Shown: positions 42,125 through 52,650 of the stretch, in pieces
Position numbering within the stretch: position 1 is the first letter of the stretch
How the letters are laid out: each line of letters starts with the position of its first letter
Source of the DNA: an uncultured bacterium
GTDB taxonomy: Bacteria; Acidobacteriota; HRBIN11; JAKEFK01
Reading direction: 5' to 3'
Assembly (NCBI GenBank): GCA_963777505.1
Contig: CAVZQN010000008.1
Span: 96,001 to 160,000, forward strand
DNA length: 64,000 nucleotides
The notes under the pieces: generated by a model
Seen by the model: the letters and a program-made list of their open reading frames with translations, nothing else
Told to the model about the DNA's origin: nothing
Database searches by the model: none
Translations under genes and position numbers: made by a program

Positions 42125-43135
42125 CTAATTTCCGATCAATTTTAGGGCGTGAATTGCATGGGTGAGCGGTGATATTTCTCGAGCGAGTGGGATCCACCTG
42201 GATTCGATTGTATCGGCCACCATATAAGACGCAGTATCAATCCATTCCCGATCAGTTAAGAACATTCCAAGCGGGCTAATCGCATCCAAGCAATGTCCTG
42301 TTGGATAAACGATCGCTTTTGCTGGAGAAAATCGTCGCGAAGCAACGTCTTTGAATTTTTCACGCCACTGCTTGAAATTAATCGGAGACCGGCCTTTCTT
42401 ATACCAGCAGCGATCGATGGAACCATCTTCTTTCTGGTTCCTTTTCATCAGAGCTGTTGCTCCCATTACATATTGGTAAGCATCTTTCCAAATTCCCTGG
42501 AGACGATCTGGTTCGACATCGTGCTCAAGACAGTATCGTGAGATCGAAAATGAAACACCTTCGATAACATGACTTCCAAAACATTTGCCTGAACCATATT
42601 CACGCTGCAATAAGGATCGTAGAACGCGATCGACACTTTGAAGGTCGCCTTTTCCATTTCTCCATTCCGCAGTCACACCAGGGTTAACAGAAAAAAGCAT
42701 TAGTGACCAGCTTTGTTCTTCGGGCGTCAGTACAAAACGATCCATTGCCGAATCGACAATATCAGCAAGAGTCCCTTGCGTGCCTTTATCCGTTACAATT
42801 TTAACGGTTTCAAAATGAACACCCGCAACTGCCATCGTACCGAGAAATTCATTCACATGTTTGTTCACCGTGAATGTATGTGAACCGGATGCGAAATACG
42901 GACCGTGTGAATCTTCTCGAACGATTCCACCCTCAAGTGGATAGCCCTGAATCTCGCGCGTCCCTGTGCAAAGGAATTCAAGAGCAGATTGAAATTTGCC
43001 TTCCTGAACATTGTAAAGAGGCTGCCCGGGCCCCCCTGCAAGAATCATGTGAAGGATTTGCTCGGGTGGAAAATCACTGTCGAGCTGAATATAGCGGAGC
43101 CTGCTGATTGCTTCCTCAATGGTGTGGATAATCAT
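42125..43135 (-). CDS. Hypothetical alpha-helical protein
   Basis: 336-aa ORF with GAGG RBS. Motifs QILH, SWSL, CFGSH, QKEDGS, TGH.LD, HAIHAL. Confidence 0.7.
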   Translation of the reverse strand: MIIHTIEEAISRLRYIQLDSDFPPEQILHMILAGGPGQPLYNVQEGKFQSALEFLCTGTREIQGYPLEGGIVREDSHGPYFASGSHTFTVNKHVNEFLGTMAVAGVHFETVKIVTDKGTQGTLADIVDSAMDRFVLTPEEQSWSLMLFSVNPGVTAEWRNGKGDLQSVDRVLRSLLQREYGSGKCFGSHVIEGVSFSISRYCLEHDVEPDRLQGIWKDAYQYVMGATALMKRNQKEDGSIDRCWYKKGRSPINFKQWREKFKDVASRRFSPAKAIVYPTGHCLDAISPLGMFLTDREWIDTASYMVADTIESRWIPLAREISPLTHAIHALKLIGN

Positions 43136-43251
43136 ACATTCCTCTCACCGCAATCATTCAAGACACATGAAAGGTTAAAAAGTTCCCGAAAATACACTTT
43201 CAATCTTAAGAATGCTCAGAACGAAAAACAACTGCCGGAATCATAAAAAAC

Positions 43252-43290
43252 TTGACACAACATCCAGCTTTGTACTAGTATACTAGTACA
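43252..43290 (+). promoter_or_regulatory. Promoter and YtrA-type operator
   Basis: TTGACA at 43252. Perfect 20-bp palindrome TGTACTAGTATACTAGTACA (43271-43290) over the -10 region. Confidence 0.85.
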
Positions 43291-43299
43291 CTAGAAAAC

Positions 43300-43671
43300 A
43301 TGATAACGATAGATGGACGTTCGCCGGTTCCAATTTTTGAGCAGGTAAAGTCAGGGTTTCGAGGTTTGGTAGCACGTGGTCTTATAAAGCCGGGCGAACA
43401 AATTCCAGCCATCCGCAATTTAGCTGAAATACTGCGAGTCAATCCAAATACAATTGCGCGCGCCTATCGCGAATTGATTCAAGAAGGATTTTTAGAATCC
43501 CGTCGCGGCGAAGGCAATTTCATTTCAATGAATGCACGCCAAAACATGAACAATGGACTCGAGGTAGCGAAGCAGAATTTGAAAGATGCAGTTCAAATGG
43601 CACGTCGATCAGGCCTCAATTGGAAAGACATCCAATCAATCGTGGCTCGAACTAGAGGGGAAAAAGAATGA
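43300..43671 (+). CDS. GntR family regulator (YtrA subfamily)
   Basis: PIFEQV..PAIRNLA..VNPNTIARAYREL..RRGEG, short C-terminal domain. Confidence 0.93.
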   Translation: MITIDGRSPVPIFEQVKSGFRGLVARGLIKPGEQIPAIRNLAEILRVNPNTIARAYRELIQEGFLESRRGEGNFISMNARQNMNNGLEVAKQNLKDAVQMARRSGLNWKDIQSIVARTRGEKE

Positions 43672-44570
43672 ACGAAAAATCGAATCAAAATGCAATTGTT
43701 CTTGAACATGTTCAAAAGTCATTCGGCAAAAAAGAAGTACTGAAAGACGTTACAGGATCAATCCAATACGGAAAAACTATAGGGTTACTTGGTCGTAATG
43801 GCGAAGGCAAAACAACTTTATTTCGCATTCTCCTTGACATCCTCGCGTTCGATCGGGGAACGGTTCGATTACAGGGTCACACTCCGGATGGTTCAGGAAA
43901 AATCAGATGCATCGCCGGCTATGTGCCCGAACGGCCTACCTTTCATCCTTTCATGAGTATCAGCGATGTCTTTCACTATCGACAGCGCATCCTTCCCTCT
44001 TGGGATTCTTTACTCGCACTTGAAACAGCAAAACAACTTGAACTGGATTTGACCACTTCAATCAAAGGTGCCAGTAAAGGAACTCTGGCAAAGACAGCCT
44101 GGATATGCGCAACAGCGCATCGACCTAAAACACTTCTTCTGGATGAACCTACTTCAGGTCTCGACATCATTGTCCGCGATTCCCTTTTAACTCAATGCAT
44201 CCGCGAGCAAGCTTTTGAAGATAAAACGATCATCATTGCAAGTCATCATCTTGAAGATTGGTTAAATCTGCTTGATGAAATTTGGGTTCTATCACAAGGA
44301 ACTATTTCCGCATGTCATAAGTTGGAGGATCTGCGTGAAAATGCACTTCGCATAACAGGAACTTTAAGGCAAGCAAATCCTCCGGAAGGATTGGAAATCA
44401 TTGAAGAATTCCGAAACGGAAATCTTGTTGCATGGCTCACCATTGATCCGGCAACTTCGCAAAAACTTCAATCAATACCTGTATTGGATCAAATGGAAAT
44501 TGAACCGCTACCGTTGGAATCGACTTTAAAGCTTCTGCTGTTAAAGAAGGAGGTTACGCATGCTCGCTAA
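43668..44570 (+). CDS. ABC transporter ATP-binding protein (YtrB-like)
   Basis: GRNGEGKTT, LLDEPTSGLD, ASH; degenerate signature ASKG. Confidence 0.9.
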   Translation: MNEKSNQNAIVLEHVQKSFGKKEVLKDVTGSIQYGKTIGLLGRNGEGKTTLFRILLDILAFDRGTVRLQGHTPDGSGKIRCIAGYVPERPTFHPFMSISDVFHYRQRILPSWDSLLALETAKQLELDLTTSIKGASKGTLAKTAWICATAHRPKTLLLDEPTSGLDIIVRDSLLTQCIREQAFEDKTIIIASHHLEDWLNLLDEIWVLSQGTISACHKLEDLRENALRITGTLRQANPPEGLEIIEEFRNGNLVAWLTIDPATSQKLQSIPVLDQMEIEPLPLESTLKLLLLKKEVTHAR

Positions 44571-46507
44571 TGTGATGCGTCTCGAATTTAGAAAACAAAG
44601 GCAGGATTTTCTCGTTGTTGTAGGAATCGCAGCAGCGGTTGTACTTTGCTTCCTGGCAGAAGCTGTTTACAGAAATCGAAATCTTGGTGAAGTATTAAAA
44701 GATGTTTTCGCAATACTGACCGTGGGCTTTGTTATTGTACTGGCTCTAACGGGAGCAACTTCTGCACGCAATTTAAGAAATGAACCTTACAAGAGTGCCG
44801 AAGAAGCTTTACCCTTTTCTTCAGCTCAAAAAACTTTAGGTGCATATCTTGTTAACGTTCTGTATCTGTTAGCGGGAAGTTCCCTCTTTTTACTCGGCGC
44901 CTACACATTCGGCTCATCAAAAAATTTAAGTTGGATGCAGCCGGCTCTTTCTATTTTGCTAATCATTCATTTCCATATGCTCTGTTTTATATTTGCCTAC
45001 TGGTTGAATCACAATGTTCTGGCAATCGTAATCGCTGCACTCATCGTTTGGTTTGAAAGAGTTTTCGTTCTGCAAAGATCTTTTTTCCTGCTGTTTCTTC
45101 ACAATCCATACGTGTCGGAAGCCGAGCCTATTCAAACTTTGTGGTCGACTACTTCTTTTATTCTGAGCTTCGTTGGAGGACTCGTCGCGCTGGCACTGAT
45201 TTCTACACGAATTGAAAGACAACAACGGCTTCGGTGGATCCCTGGATTTGTTGCCTCTGTGATATTGATTTCCGGAGGCATTCTTTTTTTTCTAGATTTG
45301 CTTGGAACGTCTTACAAAGCTCAAACCAGGCTAGTGGAAGGAAATTATTATTATTTGGTTAATGAATATTTGACTCCGCCATCGGAACTAACCGAGAACA
45401 GTGGGCTTTACCTTAGTACTCATACGGGAAATATGCTGCATATCACCCCCGAGCGCCGAAATGTGTTGCGGAAAGTTCCACTAACTCTACTTAATTTGCT
45501 TTCAAAACCAAAAGAGCTTGATGTGATCACTGCACATAAAGACTCTAATACAGGGGAATTCTGGGCAATTATTCGCAATGATGAAACAGACGGAAAGGAC
45601 TTCGGAATTTGGAGATCAACCAAAGGTGAGAAGTTAGATACTTCACAGTGAGTTTGCTTCAAAGGGAGTATGGCCATCTTATTTTATCGACTGCGGCACA
45701 AAGAAGTGCATATACGGATATACGCCAACGAAGATTGCACGTGCGACTCTTGCAGAGAGCGGATTAAGTGAGTGGCAATTCTTTCCAAGGGATCCTGAAC
45801 GTGGCTTTCTTGGAGAAATTCGAAATATTTTGTTTAAGGAGAAGCTGGAAAGTGGCAAAGTTGCTTCGCTATCTCCAGACAAAAAGATTCTGTCACGGCA
45901 ACTATCTGATGGAACTGTTCAAAAATGGTCCCTTCCGGGAACAGGTGAGCTCTATTCATTTATGGCAACAAGTTTGCCCCCCGCATTTTACAAAAATAAC
46001 CAACCTTATTTTGTATTGCCTGTTTCTGATGAAAAGAATGTTGCCCTTTACGTCTGCAATGTGGATGGTTCGATTACGCGTCTAGGCACCAAGAGCTGGA
46101 CGAATAATCATCGATTCACGGGGGAAAGCGTTCCGGGTGGAGGATCTGCCTGGGTGATAAGAGATTTAGTTACTTGGAAAGCAAAAGAAGTTTTATTCCT
46201 ATCAGAAACCGGAATTGTATATCCGCCTTTCAAAATACAAACAACTCCTGAATATTCATATTTTGTAAATATCGTTAAAAAAGAAAACGAAGTGTTATGG
46301 ATTTTAACGGGAGAGAATCTTTCAAAAATTCATTTAGGAACTGGACAGACTTTGCAGAAGTTTGATTTAAATTTAGAAAGTGAAAAATATTTTGAAAATA
46401 TTTTTCGCAGCAGAACAAAGGAAGGGGTCTATTTCGTCAAAGACGAACGGATTTGTTTGATTGATTGGAACGGAAAGATCAGCGATTTAGGTCCGGACAG
46501 TTTGTAG
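44560..46507 (+). pseudogene. ABC-2-like permease fused to an extracytoplasmic beta domain, frameshift near 45638
   Basis: TM-rich N-terminal half. The +1 frame is open from about 45638 through the 45830-46507 ORF. Confidence 0.65.
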
Positions 46508-46534
46508 ACTGCAATACTTCCCGGGTTGTACAAA

Positions 46535-46565
46535 GCCGCCTCCGCACCTTCACACCGGGGGCGGC
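46535..46565. terminator. GC-rich hairpin after the ytr-like operon
   Basis: GCCGCCTCCG..CGGGGGCGGC; no clear U-tract. Confidence 0.4.
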
Positions 46566-46605
46566 ATTACAATCTTACGAAGGCTTCCGAAGTACAATCA
46601 ACGAT

Positions 46606-47409
46606 GTGGAAACATTTCTCTATATCATCCTCTTTTCTGTTTTCGGTCTGTTCATCCTTCTAATCATTGGAGCGTGGCTTCATTCCCGCTGGACAGAGTT
46701 TTTAGAGAAAATAGTTCTAAAACGAACTGGCCGAAGAAATTCAAGTTCTACCAAAAAGACAAAAGAGCAAGAATTATTACCTTCACAATTCCACGATGTC
46801 AGTGCAGATCTGGCACCAATAGTTCTCGCGATTTATGACAGCGTCAAACGATACAAGGATCTTTCCTTGACCAACATAAATAAACACTATTACTTCATCG
46901 CCCGGTCAAAACGTTATGAACTTAGAATTACACTTTCTCCTGCTGATTCCAAAAATTACTTTCTGAACGCAGTTTTAGAAGGCGGACATCCCCACGAATT
47001 CACAGTAGAGCAATCAAAGTTTAGAAATAAGAGTTTAGAGATCTCTGAAAGTGATATTGCATCATTTTTAGAAGCACTTTCATTTTTTTCAAAAGTAGTA
47101 GCCAAACCTGGAATTCTCAGCGCAGATCGAACTTTGCAACTGGATACTTCGATGGAGAATTGGCCTCAAGTATTGTCAGCCTTCATTCGCCTTGGACGAT
47201 TCTTAATGGATACTGAGGTTCGCCAAAAAATTCTGGAAGCTGCCGATGTTCTGTGTCCGTATTGTCGTGGTGAGTTCACAACAAAAGATGACACCGTTTC
47301 TTGCCGCGAGTGCAATACACGACATCATAAAGAGTGTTGGGAAGAAGTGGGACGTTGTTCAGTATTCGGCTGCCGTAGCAAATCTGAAATTGTAATTACG
47401 CAGAGTTAG
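46606..47409 (+). CDS. Membrane-anchored protein with C-terminal prokaryotic RING-like finger
   Basis: N-terminal TM helix. CPYC..CREC..HHKECW..C..GC. TACAAT lies 7 nt before GTG 46606. Confidence 0.8.
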   Translation: METFLYIILFSVFGLFILLIIGAWLHSRWTEFLEKIVLKRTGRRNSSSTKKTKEQELLPSQFHDVSADLAPIVLAIYDSVKRYKDLSLTNINKHYYFIARSKRYELRITLSPADSKNYFLNAVLEGGHPHEFTVEQSKFRNKSLEISESDIASFLEALSFFSKVVAKPGILSADRTLQLDTSMENWPQVLSAFIRLGRFLMDTEVRQKILEAADVLCPYCRGEFTTKDDTVSCRECNTRHHKECWEEVGRCSVFGCRSKSEIVITQS

Positions 47410-47415
47410 AAAGAG

Positions 47416-47442
47416 AGGGCGGGTCTAATGACCCGCCCCTAC
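47416..47442 (-). repeat. GTAG-type REP
   Basis: Minus strand GTAGGGGCGGGTCATTAGACCCGCCC. Confidence 0.85.
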
Positions 47443-47452
47443 CAATCAAAAC

Positions 47453-50400
47453 TTATTGTTGCGTGATTCTTACATCATCCACACCAGCTTCTACAAGACT
47501 TGCAGTACTTGCGTCTGCTGCTTCGATTCGGATTCTAACAGTTTGACCAGCAAAAGCACTGATGTTGGCTGATCCTGTAATCCATGCTCCATTGTCATTT
47601 TCAGTTCCGCCTAACTCTTGCAAGACTTGTTGAGTCGTTGATCCAACCACAAAGACGCGGAAGAAATCCGCTGTTGAGCTGTTGGTTCCATGAGCGAGGT
47701 AATAACTGAACGACAATGTCAGCGTTCCAGATGAAGGCAACACAATAGGCGGAGATTGAATTGAAGTGACACCACTATCGATATCAAAATCGCCTGCTGC
47801 AGTTCCTGCGGCAGCGCCAGTGACCAGATCATTAACACCACTAACAGTTGTTCCAAGCTGTTTGGTTCCACTTGAAGTGGTTTGCTGCGGGTCACCACGT
47901 TGCCACTGACCGGTGGTTGCGGTATCGGTTCCATTAGGATTCGTGATCCATCCCAGACTTGTTTCAAAGTTATCGAAGAACACCGTTGTAACGGGTGTGC
48001 TTGTAACTGCGAAGACCAGGTCATCACGATCGTTGTATGCACCTGCTGCGCATGCTGTTGCCGAACTTTGATATCGGAACTGCACACGAACAGCCTGTAG
48101 TGCGCCACCATTCGGCATTGTGTATGTGATAGACAAATTTTGTGCGCCGGCTGCTGTTGGTGTTCTACTACCGATGAACACCCAGCTTGGAGCGTTCGCA
48201 TCAGCAGCGTAGAAGAAGTCTGCTGTATCTGCTGAAGGAGTAGTCCATGCCCAAACCGTTGCATCTATCTGAACAGTCTTTCCCGGTGCAAAATTTGTCC
48301 CATCCGTTGTGAAGACGCGGATGCGATCATTGGATTCATCAGAATGGAATGCACCTGATGTTCCATCGGCACAGGAATCATTGATCGTATTTGGTTGATT
48401 CGGTTCTGGTCCAAGATTCGCGCGACCAAGAACGAGCGATGTTCCAGTATCGCAAGAGGCGCCAAGACTTGCACATTTTGGCGCTTGCAAAACAGGATCG
48501 AATACAGCGGTTCCACCTGTCGCGTTATTTACAGTCACATTGATCGATAGGCTTTGTCCCATGTTTCCAGCTGCATCAAAAGCTCTGGAGAAAATCGAAT
48601 GGCTGCCATTTGCAACTGTAGTCGTATTCCAGTTAACGCTGTAAGGCGAAGAAGCATCGCTTCCAACCAAACCGCCATCAACATAGAATTCGACATTTGT
48701 TACACCAACGTTGTCTGCTGCATTCGCATTGATTGCGATCGTGCCGCTGACAGTTGCTCCATTTACAGGCGATGTGATCGATGTTGTTGGTGGTGTTGTA
48801 TCACCGCCACCTCCGCCTGTTGGTGTAGCAGACGCGCATCCACTCTGTGCAGGTCCAAAACAAGAATTCGAAGCAGCAACAGCTACAACGTTGTAATAGT
48901 AGGTCCGTCCGTTTACGACTTCGGTATCAACATACGAAGTGCCGGTCGGACTTGCCTTCAGCGCTTTGCCATAACTACATCCTGCATGTCCTTCCGTACG
49001 AAGCACCCAATATTTTGCAGCGCCTGAAACAGCATTCCACGAAAGTGAAATCTGATGATCCCCTGCTGTTGCATTCACTGTTGGCGCAACAGTGGGTGCT
49101 CCTGCACATCCGCTGTTGACAGGCGTTGGAGTTGCACACGCCATGTTGTGACGGTTAAATGCGTTAAACAACGCTGTCATGTGCGGCGTGCCATTATTGA
49201 TGTTGCCATCATCATCATCGGCAGCAAGCCACTGCATGTAACCATTCGTGCTTCCGCAACCATTGGATGTCGATGGACATGTACATGCATGCCACGCACC
49301 AACATTACCGCTTCCTTGATAGAAAACTTTGTTTCCAATCATGAATGCGGTATTGGAATTGAAACCTGCCGCTGGTAGATCACGCGCAACAAAGTCCCAT
49401 GCCGCTTGACGTGTTGGTGCAGCTGTGCAATGCGTCTGACGTCCGCACAATCCTGTACTCGGCAAACAACTTATGCAGGTGTAATTCGCAGGAGTGTCCG
49501 GAGTGTTCGGAGTATGGCGTGCAAAATCTGCATCACGTACACCGGAACAATTTGTGTCGCAATGAGCCGCACCTTGTTGTGCTTCATTGGCATTGAATCC
49601 CGTACCATCTGCAGTTTGTCCGCATCCATCATCAGCGGTTGAGAAGAAACCATAACCAACGCATGAAGATTGATAACGATAGATCGCAGCAATATCAGCA
49701 TATCCTTCACTGGAACTACTGAGTGCGCCTGCTGAATCGTTATCATCCATTCCATGGCCCCACTCATGATCAAAAACGCCGGCGAGTTCACCAGTATTTC
49801 TGCAACCGCCGCCGCTTCGATAAAAATTAATTGTGGAACCATTCCAAAATCCATTGCATGTCTGATTAATGTTGACGTTGGCCGTTAACTGATTTTGCAA
49901 CCATGTGTTGGTTGGCAACCAACCACGTGCTTGTTCTGCAATTTTATTCACTTCATAAAATGCAGATCGCGATGGTGCAGTATTTCCGGCTGAACTTCCT
50001 GCCGGAACCGTGCAATCATGCTGGCCATTCGTTCCACCCATCAAGATGTCTCCGGTACTCGAACTCTGGCTGATTGCGCCGCAATTATCCAGAATACGAA
50101 CATACCGTCCGCTCAGTGTTGTGGTAACAGTTCCGCTTGTGTAGTTATAAACACCAGCACTGTTTGTGAAATTGTTTGGAGCAGCTAGACCTGTATTTGC
50201 CCAGGGCATTGGATAATCTGCCTGCATAATTCCGCAGAATTCTGCAGATGGACAAATGCCTGTGCTTGTGAGCGGATAAACACCACCATTAATTTTCCTA
50301 TTTACATAATGGTTCTTATCCTGAAACGCGAGTAATTCGCCAGAATGTGCATCGACAATCATTTCCCAACGCGCAAGTTCAGGAGCTCTTTCAAAACCAA

Positions 50401-51202
50401 ATGTCCAAACCAGTCGATGTCCAAATCCTTCACCCACTGGCCCAACATAAGCTTCACCCGATTTACCACTTGCGGACGCAACCGGAATAATTTCTAATCC
50501 GGCTTCTTTCCACATTACGTCATTACTTTGTTTTCCATCGACATATTTAAAGCCGATTTCCAACGCTGCTGCTGAAGTGATTTTAGGCTTTGTATCAATT
50601 TTTACATTGCCCCATCCTTCAGTTCCCATCGTAACAAGATTGCCATGATTAATCGTTGCTGAAACACGGCCTTCTCGCACTGTGATTCCATTTACGACTT
50701 GAGGGAAATTTATGTGCCATAGATCTTCAGATACTTGAACCGCTCGCACTTTACCAAGCTGCAATAAATCAATCTGAAACGCAGCCTGATTTTCTTTTAA
50801 GAACCCACGCATCAATTCGCCAACGACTTTCGCTGTTACGTTATTAATCGGTCGTCCGAGTTTGTTGCTAAGGTCCGCTTTTTGAAGAGTGTTGTTGAAT
50901 CCATTTCCAGGAATCATCGGAATAGCCCCAATGACATTGGAAGGTGTTCCTGATCTTGGATCCAAAAAGATTTGGAAATTTAATCCATTCTTTCCTAAAA
51001 AGCTGTCCCATTCGCTCCGGTTTGCGAGTTGTACGCTAACATCTTCCAGACCAACATGAGAAGTGCTGATATACAGGTCCGGTTTGAAAAATTCTCTTTC
51101 TTCCAAGGGACCTGGATTTTTTTTCGGCGTAAGTGCCAAACTGAAAGATGTTGCGAGCAAAAATGCTCCGATAAGGAAGGTGACGGTGAACAGTCTTTTC
51201 AT
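47453..51202 (-). CDS. Large secreted metallopeptidase (M4/M36-like) with propeptide, FN3, Big-like and C-terminal beta domains
   Basis: Signal peptide, PepSY-like VDAHSGE, HEWGH + EGYAD, SWNAVSGA (FN3), DTTPPT..ITSP..DNVGV (Ig), FFDNFE..VDDV. Confidence 0.85.
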   Translation of the reverse strand: MKRLFTVTFLIGAFLLATSFSLALTPKKNPGPLEEREFFKPDLYISTSHVGLEDVSVQLANRSEWDSFLGKNGLNFQIFLDPRSGTPSNVIGAIPMIPGNGFNNTLQKADLSNKLGRPINNVTAKVVGELMRGFLKENQAAFQIDLLQLGKVRAVQVSEDLWHINFPQVVNGITVREGRVSATINHGNLVTMGTEGWGNVKIDTKPKITSAAALEIGFKYVDGKQSNDVMWKEAGLEIIPVASASGKSGEAYVGPVGEGFGHRLVWTFGFERAPELARWEMIVDAHSGELLAFQDKNHYVNRKINGGVYPLTSTGICPSAEFCGIMQADYPMPWANTGLAAPNNFTNSAGVYNYTSGTVTTTLSGRYVRILDNCGAISQSSSTGDILMGGTNGQHDCTVPAGSSAGNTAPSRSAFYEVNKIAEQARGWLPTNTWLQNQLTANVNINQTCNGFWNGSTINFYRSGGGCRNTGELAGVFDHEWGHGMDDNDSAGALSSSSEGYADIAAIYRYQSSCVGYGFFSTADDGCGQTADGTGFNANEAQQGAAHCDTNCSGVRDADFARHTPNTPDTPANYTCISCLPSTGLCGRQTHCTAAPTRQAAWDFVARDLPAAGFNSNTAFMIGNKVFYQGSGNVGAWHACTCPSTSNGCGSTNGYMQWLAADDDDGNINNGTPHMTALFNAFNRHNMACATPTPVNSGCAGAPTVAPTVNATAGDHQISLSWNAVSGAAKYWVLRTEGHAGCSYGKALKASPTGTSYVDTEVVNGRTYYYNVVAVAASNSCFGPAQSGCASATPTGGGGGDTTPPTTSITSPVNGATVSGTIAINANAADNVGVTNVEFYVDGGLVGSDASSPYSVNWNTTTVANGSHSIFSRAFDAAGNMGQSLSINVTVNNATGGTAVFDPVLQAPKCASLGASCDTGTSLVLGRANLGPEPNQPNTINDSCADGTSGAFHSDESNDRIRVFTTDGTNFAPGKTVQIDATVWAWTTPSADTADFFYAADANAPSWVFIGSRTPTAAGAQNLSITYTMPNGGALQAVRVQFRYQSSATACAAGAYNDRDDLVFAVTSTPVTTVFFDNFETSLGWITNPNGTDTATTGQWQRGDPQQTTSSGTKQLGTTVSGVNDLVTGAAAGTAAGDFDIDSGVTSIQSPPIVLPSSGTLTLSFSYYLAHGTNSSTADFFRVFVVGSTTQQVLQELGGTENDNGAWITGSANISAFAGQTVRIRIEAADASTASLVEAGVDDVRITQQ

Positions 51203-51321
51203 AACCCCTCCTAAGGAGTTGGCTGATTTTGTTGAAAAAATCTGTTGTTGTTTTGGTTAGAGTCGACAATCTGTTCCGCAGACAAGAGTCGTGTCTGCAA
51301 CAGTCAACTGTAGAATTGTGG

Positions 51322-51337
51322 AGCAAAGTCCGTGCCT
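51322..51337 (-). promoter_or_regulatory. Sigma54-like promoter of the large peptidase gene
   Basis: Minus strand AGGCAC-GGACT-TTGCT. Upstream palindromes at 51414-51429 and 51449-51470. Confidence 0.6.
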
Positions 51338-51511
51338 GCCTTAATATATGATGAAGATGGACCATTCTCGACGATAACGGTCATTTTGCGGTTCATAATG
51401 TGAAACGACGATAGCCAACAAATGTTGGCATACTCTGAAGCCAGAGGAGACATTCTTCTCGGAAAATGTCGCTGTTCAGATTATTGCGTTTCTGCAAACG
51501 CTTGTTTACAT

Positions 51512-51536
51512 GTAGGGGCGGGTCTAAGACCCGCCC
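51512..51536 (+). repeat. GTAG-type REP with a degenerate partner just downstream
   Basis: GTAGGGGCGGGTCTAAGACCCGCCC, near-identical to the 47416 copy. Confidence 0.85.
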
Positions 51537-51622
51537 GTTTGGATTATTTTGTTTGTATAGGACGGTTCTTTGATCCGCCTCAATGCCTCACATTGAGGTA
51601 AGATGGAAATTCTAATTTTTTT

Positions 51623-52498
51623 ATGACACATACTCACAACTCCGATTCGAGCGATCTTCGTGCTCTGCGCGGAGCTTTAATCATCACGGCTTTGTTTTTC
51701 TTCGTTGAGATTGTTGCAGGCTTCTACACGCGAAGCCTGGCATTACTTTCTGATGCAGGCCATATGCTTTCCGATGTGGCTACTCTGCTCATTTCTACAT
51801 ACGCTGCATATCTAACCCGTAGAGCTCCTACATCAAAACGTACGTATGGATATTTTCGGACTGAAGTTCTTGCCGCACTTTTTAATGGAATGACTCTCTG
51901 GTTGATGGTGGGATTTATTTATTTTGAAGCATTTCGAAGAATTTTTAATCCGCAACCAGTATTTGAATCAGGCGTAATCATTGTTGGTGCTGGTGGTTTG
52001 ATCGTTAATTTAGTTGCGGCCTGGCTCCTTCATGGCCATGACAGTATGAACCTTCGATCCGCCTATTATCATGTGATTGCAGATGCATTAGGATCCGTTG
52101 CCGCCTTACTCTCCGGTATTTTAATAGCGATAACAAAATGGTACGGATTTGATCCACTGTTAAGTTTTGTAATTGGAGCACTCGTACTTTACAGTTCCTG
52201 GAGTTTGGTCCGCGATTCAGTTCATATTCTGATGGAATCCGCTCCAAGACATTTAGATCCTGCGGAAATTAGAAAATCTGTTTTGAGTTGTGAAGGTGTA
52301 GCCAATATCCATGATCTTCATGTTTGGAGTATTGGATCCAAATCTCATGCGATGAGTGCTCATATTGTAATTCCTCCCTCTTCTGATCCTTCTGATGTTA
52401 GAACACGTGTTGAAGCAATCCTTCGCAATAGTTTTCATTTGAGTCACACAACACTCCAAATGGAAATTCAGCAGCCATGTGAAGCGCCCCACGCCTAG
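51623..52498 (+). CDS. czcD: Cation diffusion facilitator (Zn/Co/Cd efflux)
   Basis: SLALLSDAGHMLSD, TYGYFR.E, NLRSAYYHVIADALGS, HDLHVW, HTTLQME. Confidence 0.93.
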   Translation: MTHTHNSDSSDLRALRGALIITALFFFVEIVAGFYTRSLALLSDAGHMLSDVATLLISTYAAYLTRRAPTSKRTYGYFRTEVLAALFNGMTLWLMVGFIYFEAFRRIFNPQPVFESGVIIVGAGGLIVNLVAAWLLHGHDSMNLRSAYYHVIADALGSVAALLSGILIAITKWYGFDPLLSFVIGALVLYSSWSLVRDSVHILMESAPRHLDPAEIRKSVLSCEGVANIHDLHVWSIGSKSHAMSAHIVIPPSSDPSDVRTRVEAILRNSFHLSHTTLQMEIQQPCEAPHA

Positions 52499-52525
52499 CA
52501 AGTCGCCTGAATCCATAATTCTAAT

Positions 52526-52558
52526 CTCCTCTGCTCCCCTGCCCCTCTGCTCCTCTGC
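52526..52558 (+). repeat. Family C octamer tandem repeat
   Basis: CTCCTCTG CTCCCCTG CCCCTCTG CTCCTCTG. Confidence 0.8.
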
Positions 52559-52650
52559 GGCATGCAAAGCCGTTTAACCTTTTGTAGTAGAAGTGTAACC
52601 TTCGACCCGTTAGTGGGTTTCAGATGTTGAACCAAGGAGGTAACTCAGAA

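Noticed and set aside
46465-46605. N-terminal extension of the RING protein in the ORF track
   Set aside because: It overlaps the upstream gene and a hairpin; GTG 46606, just before the TM helix, is more plausible.
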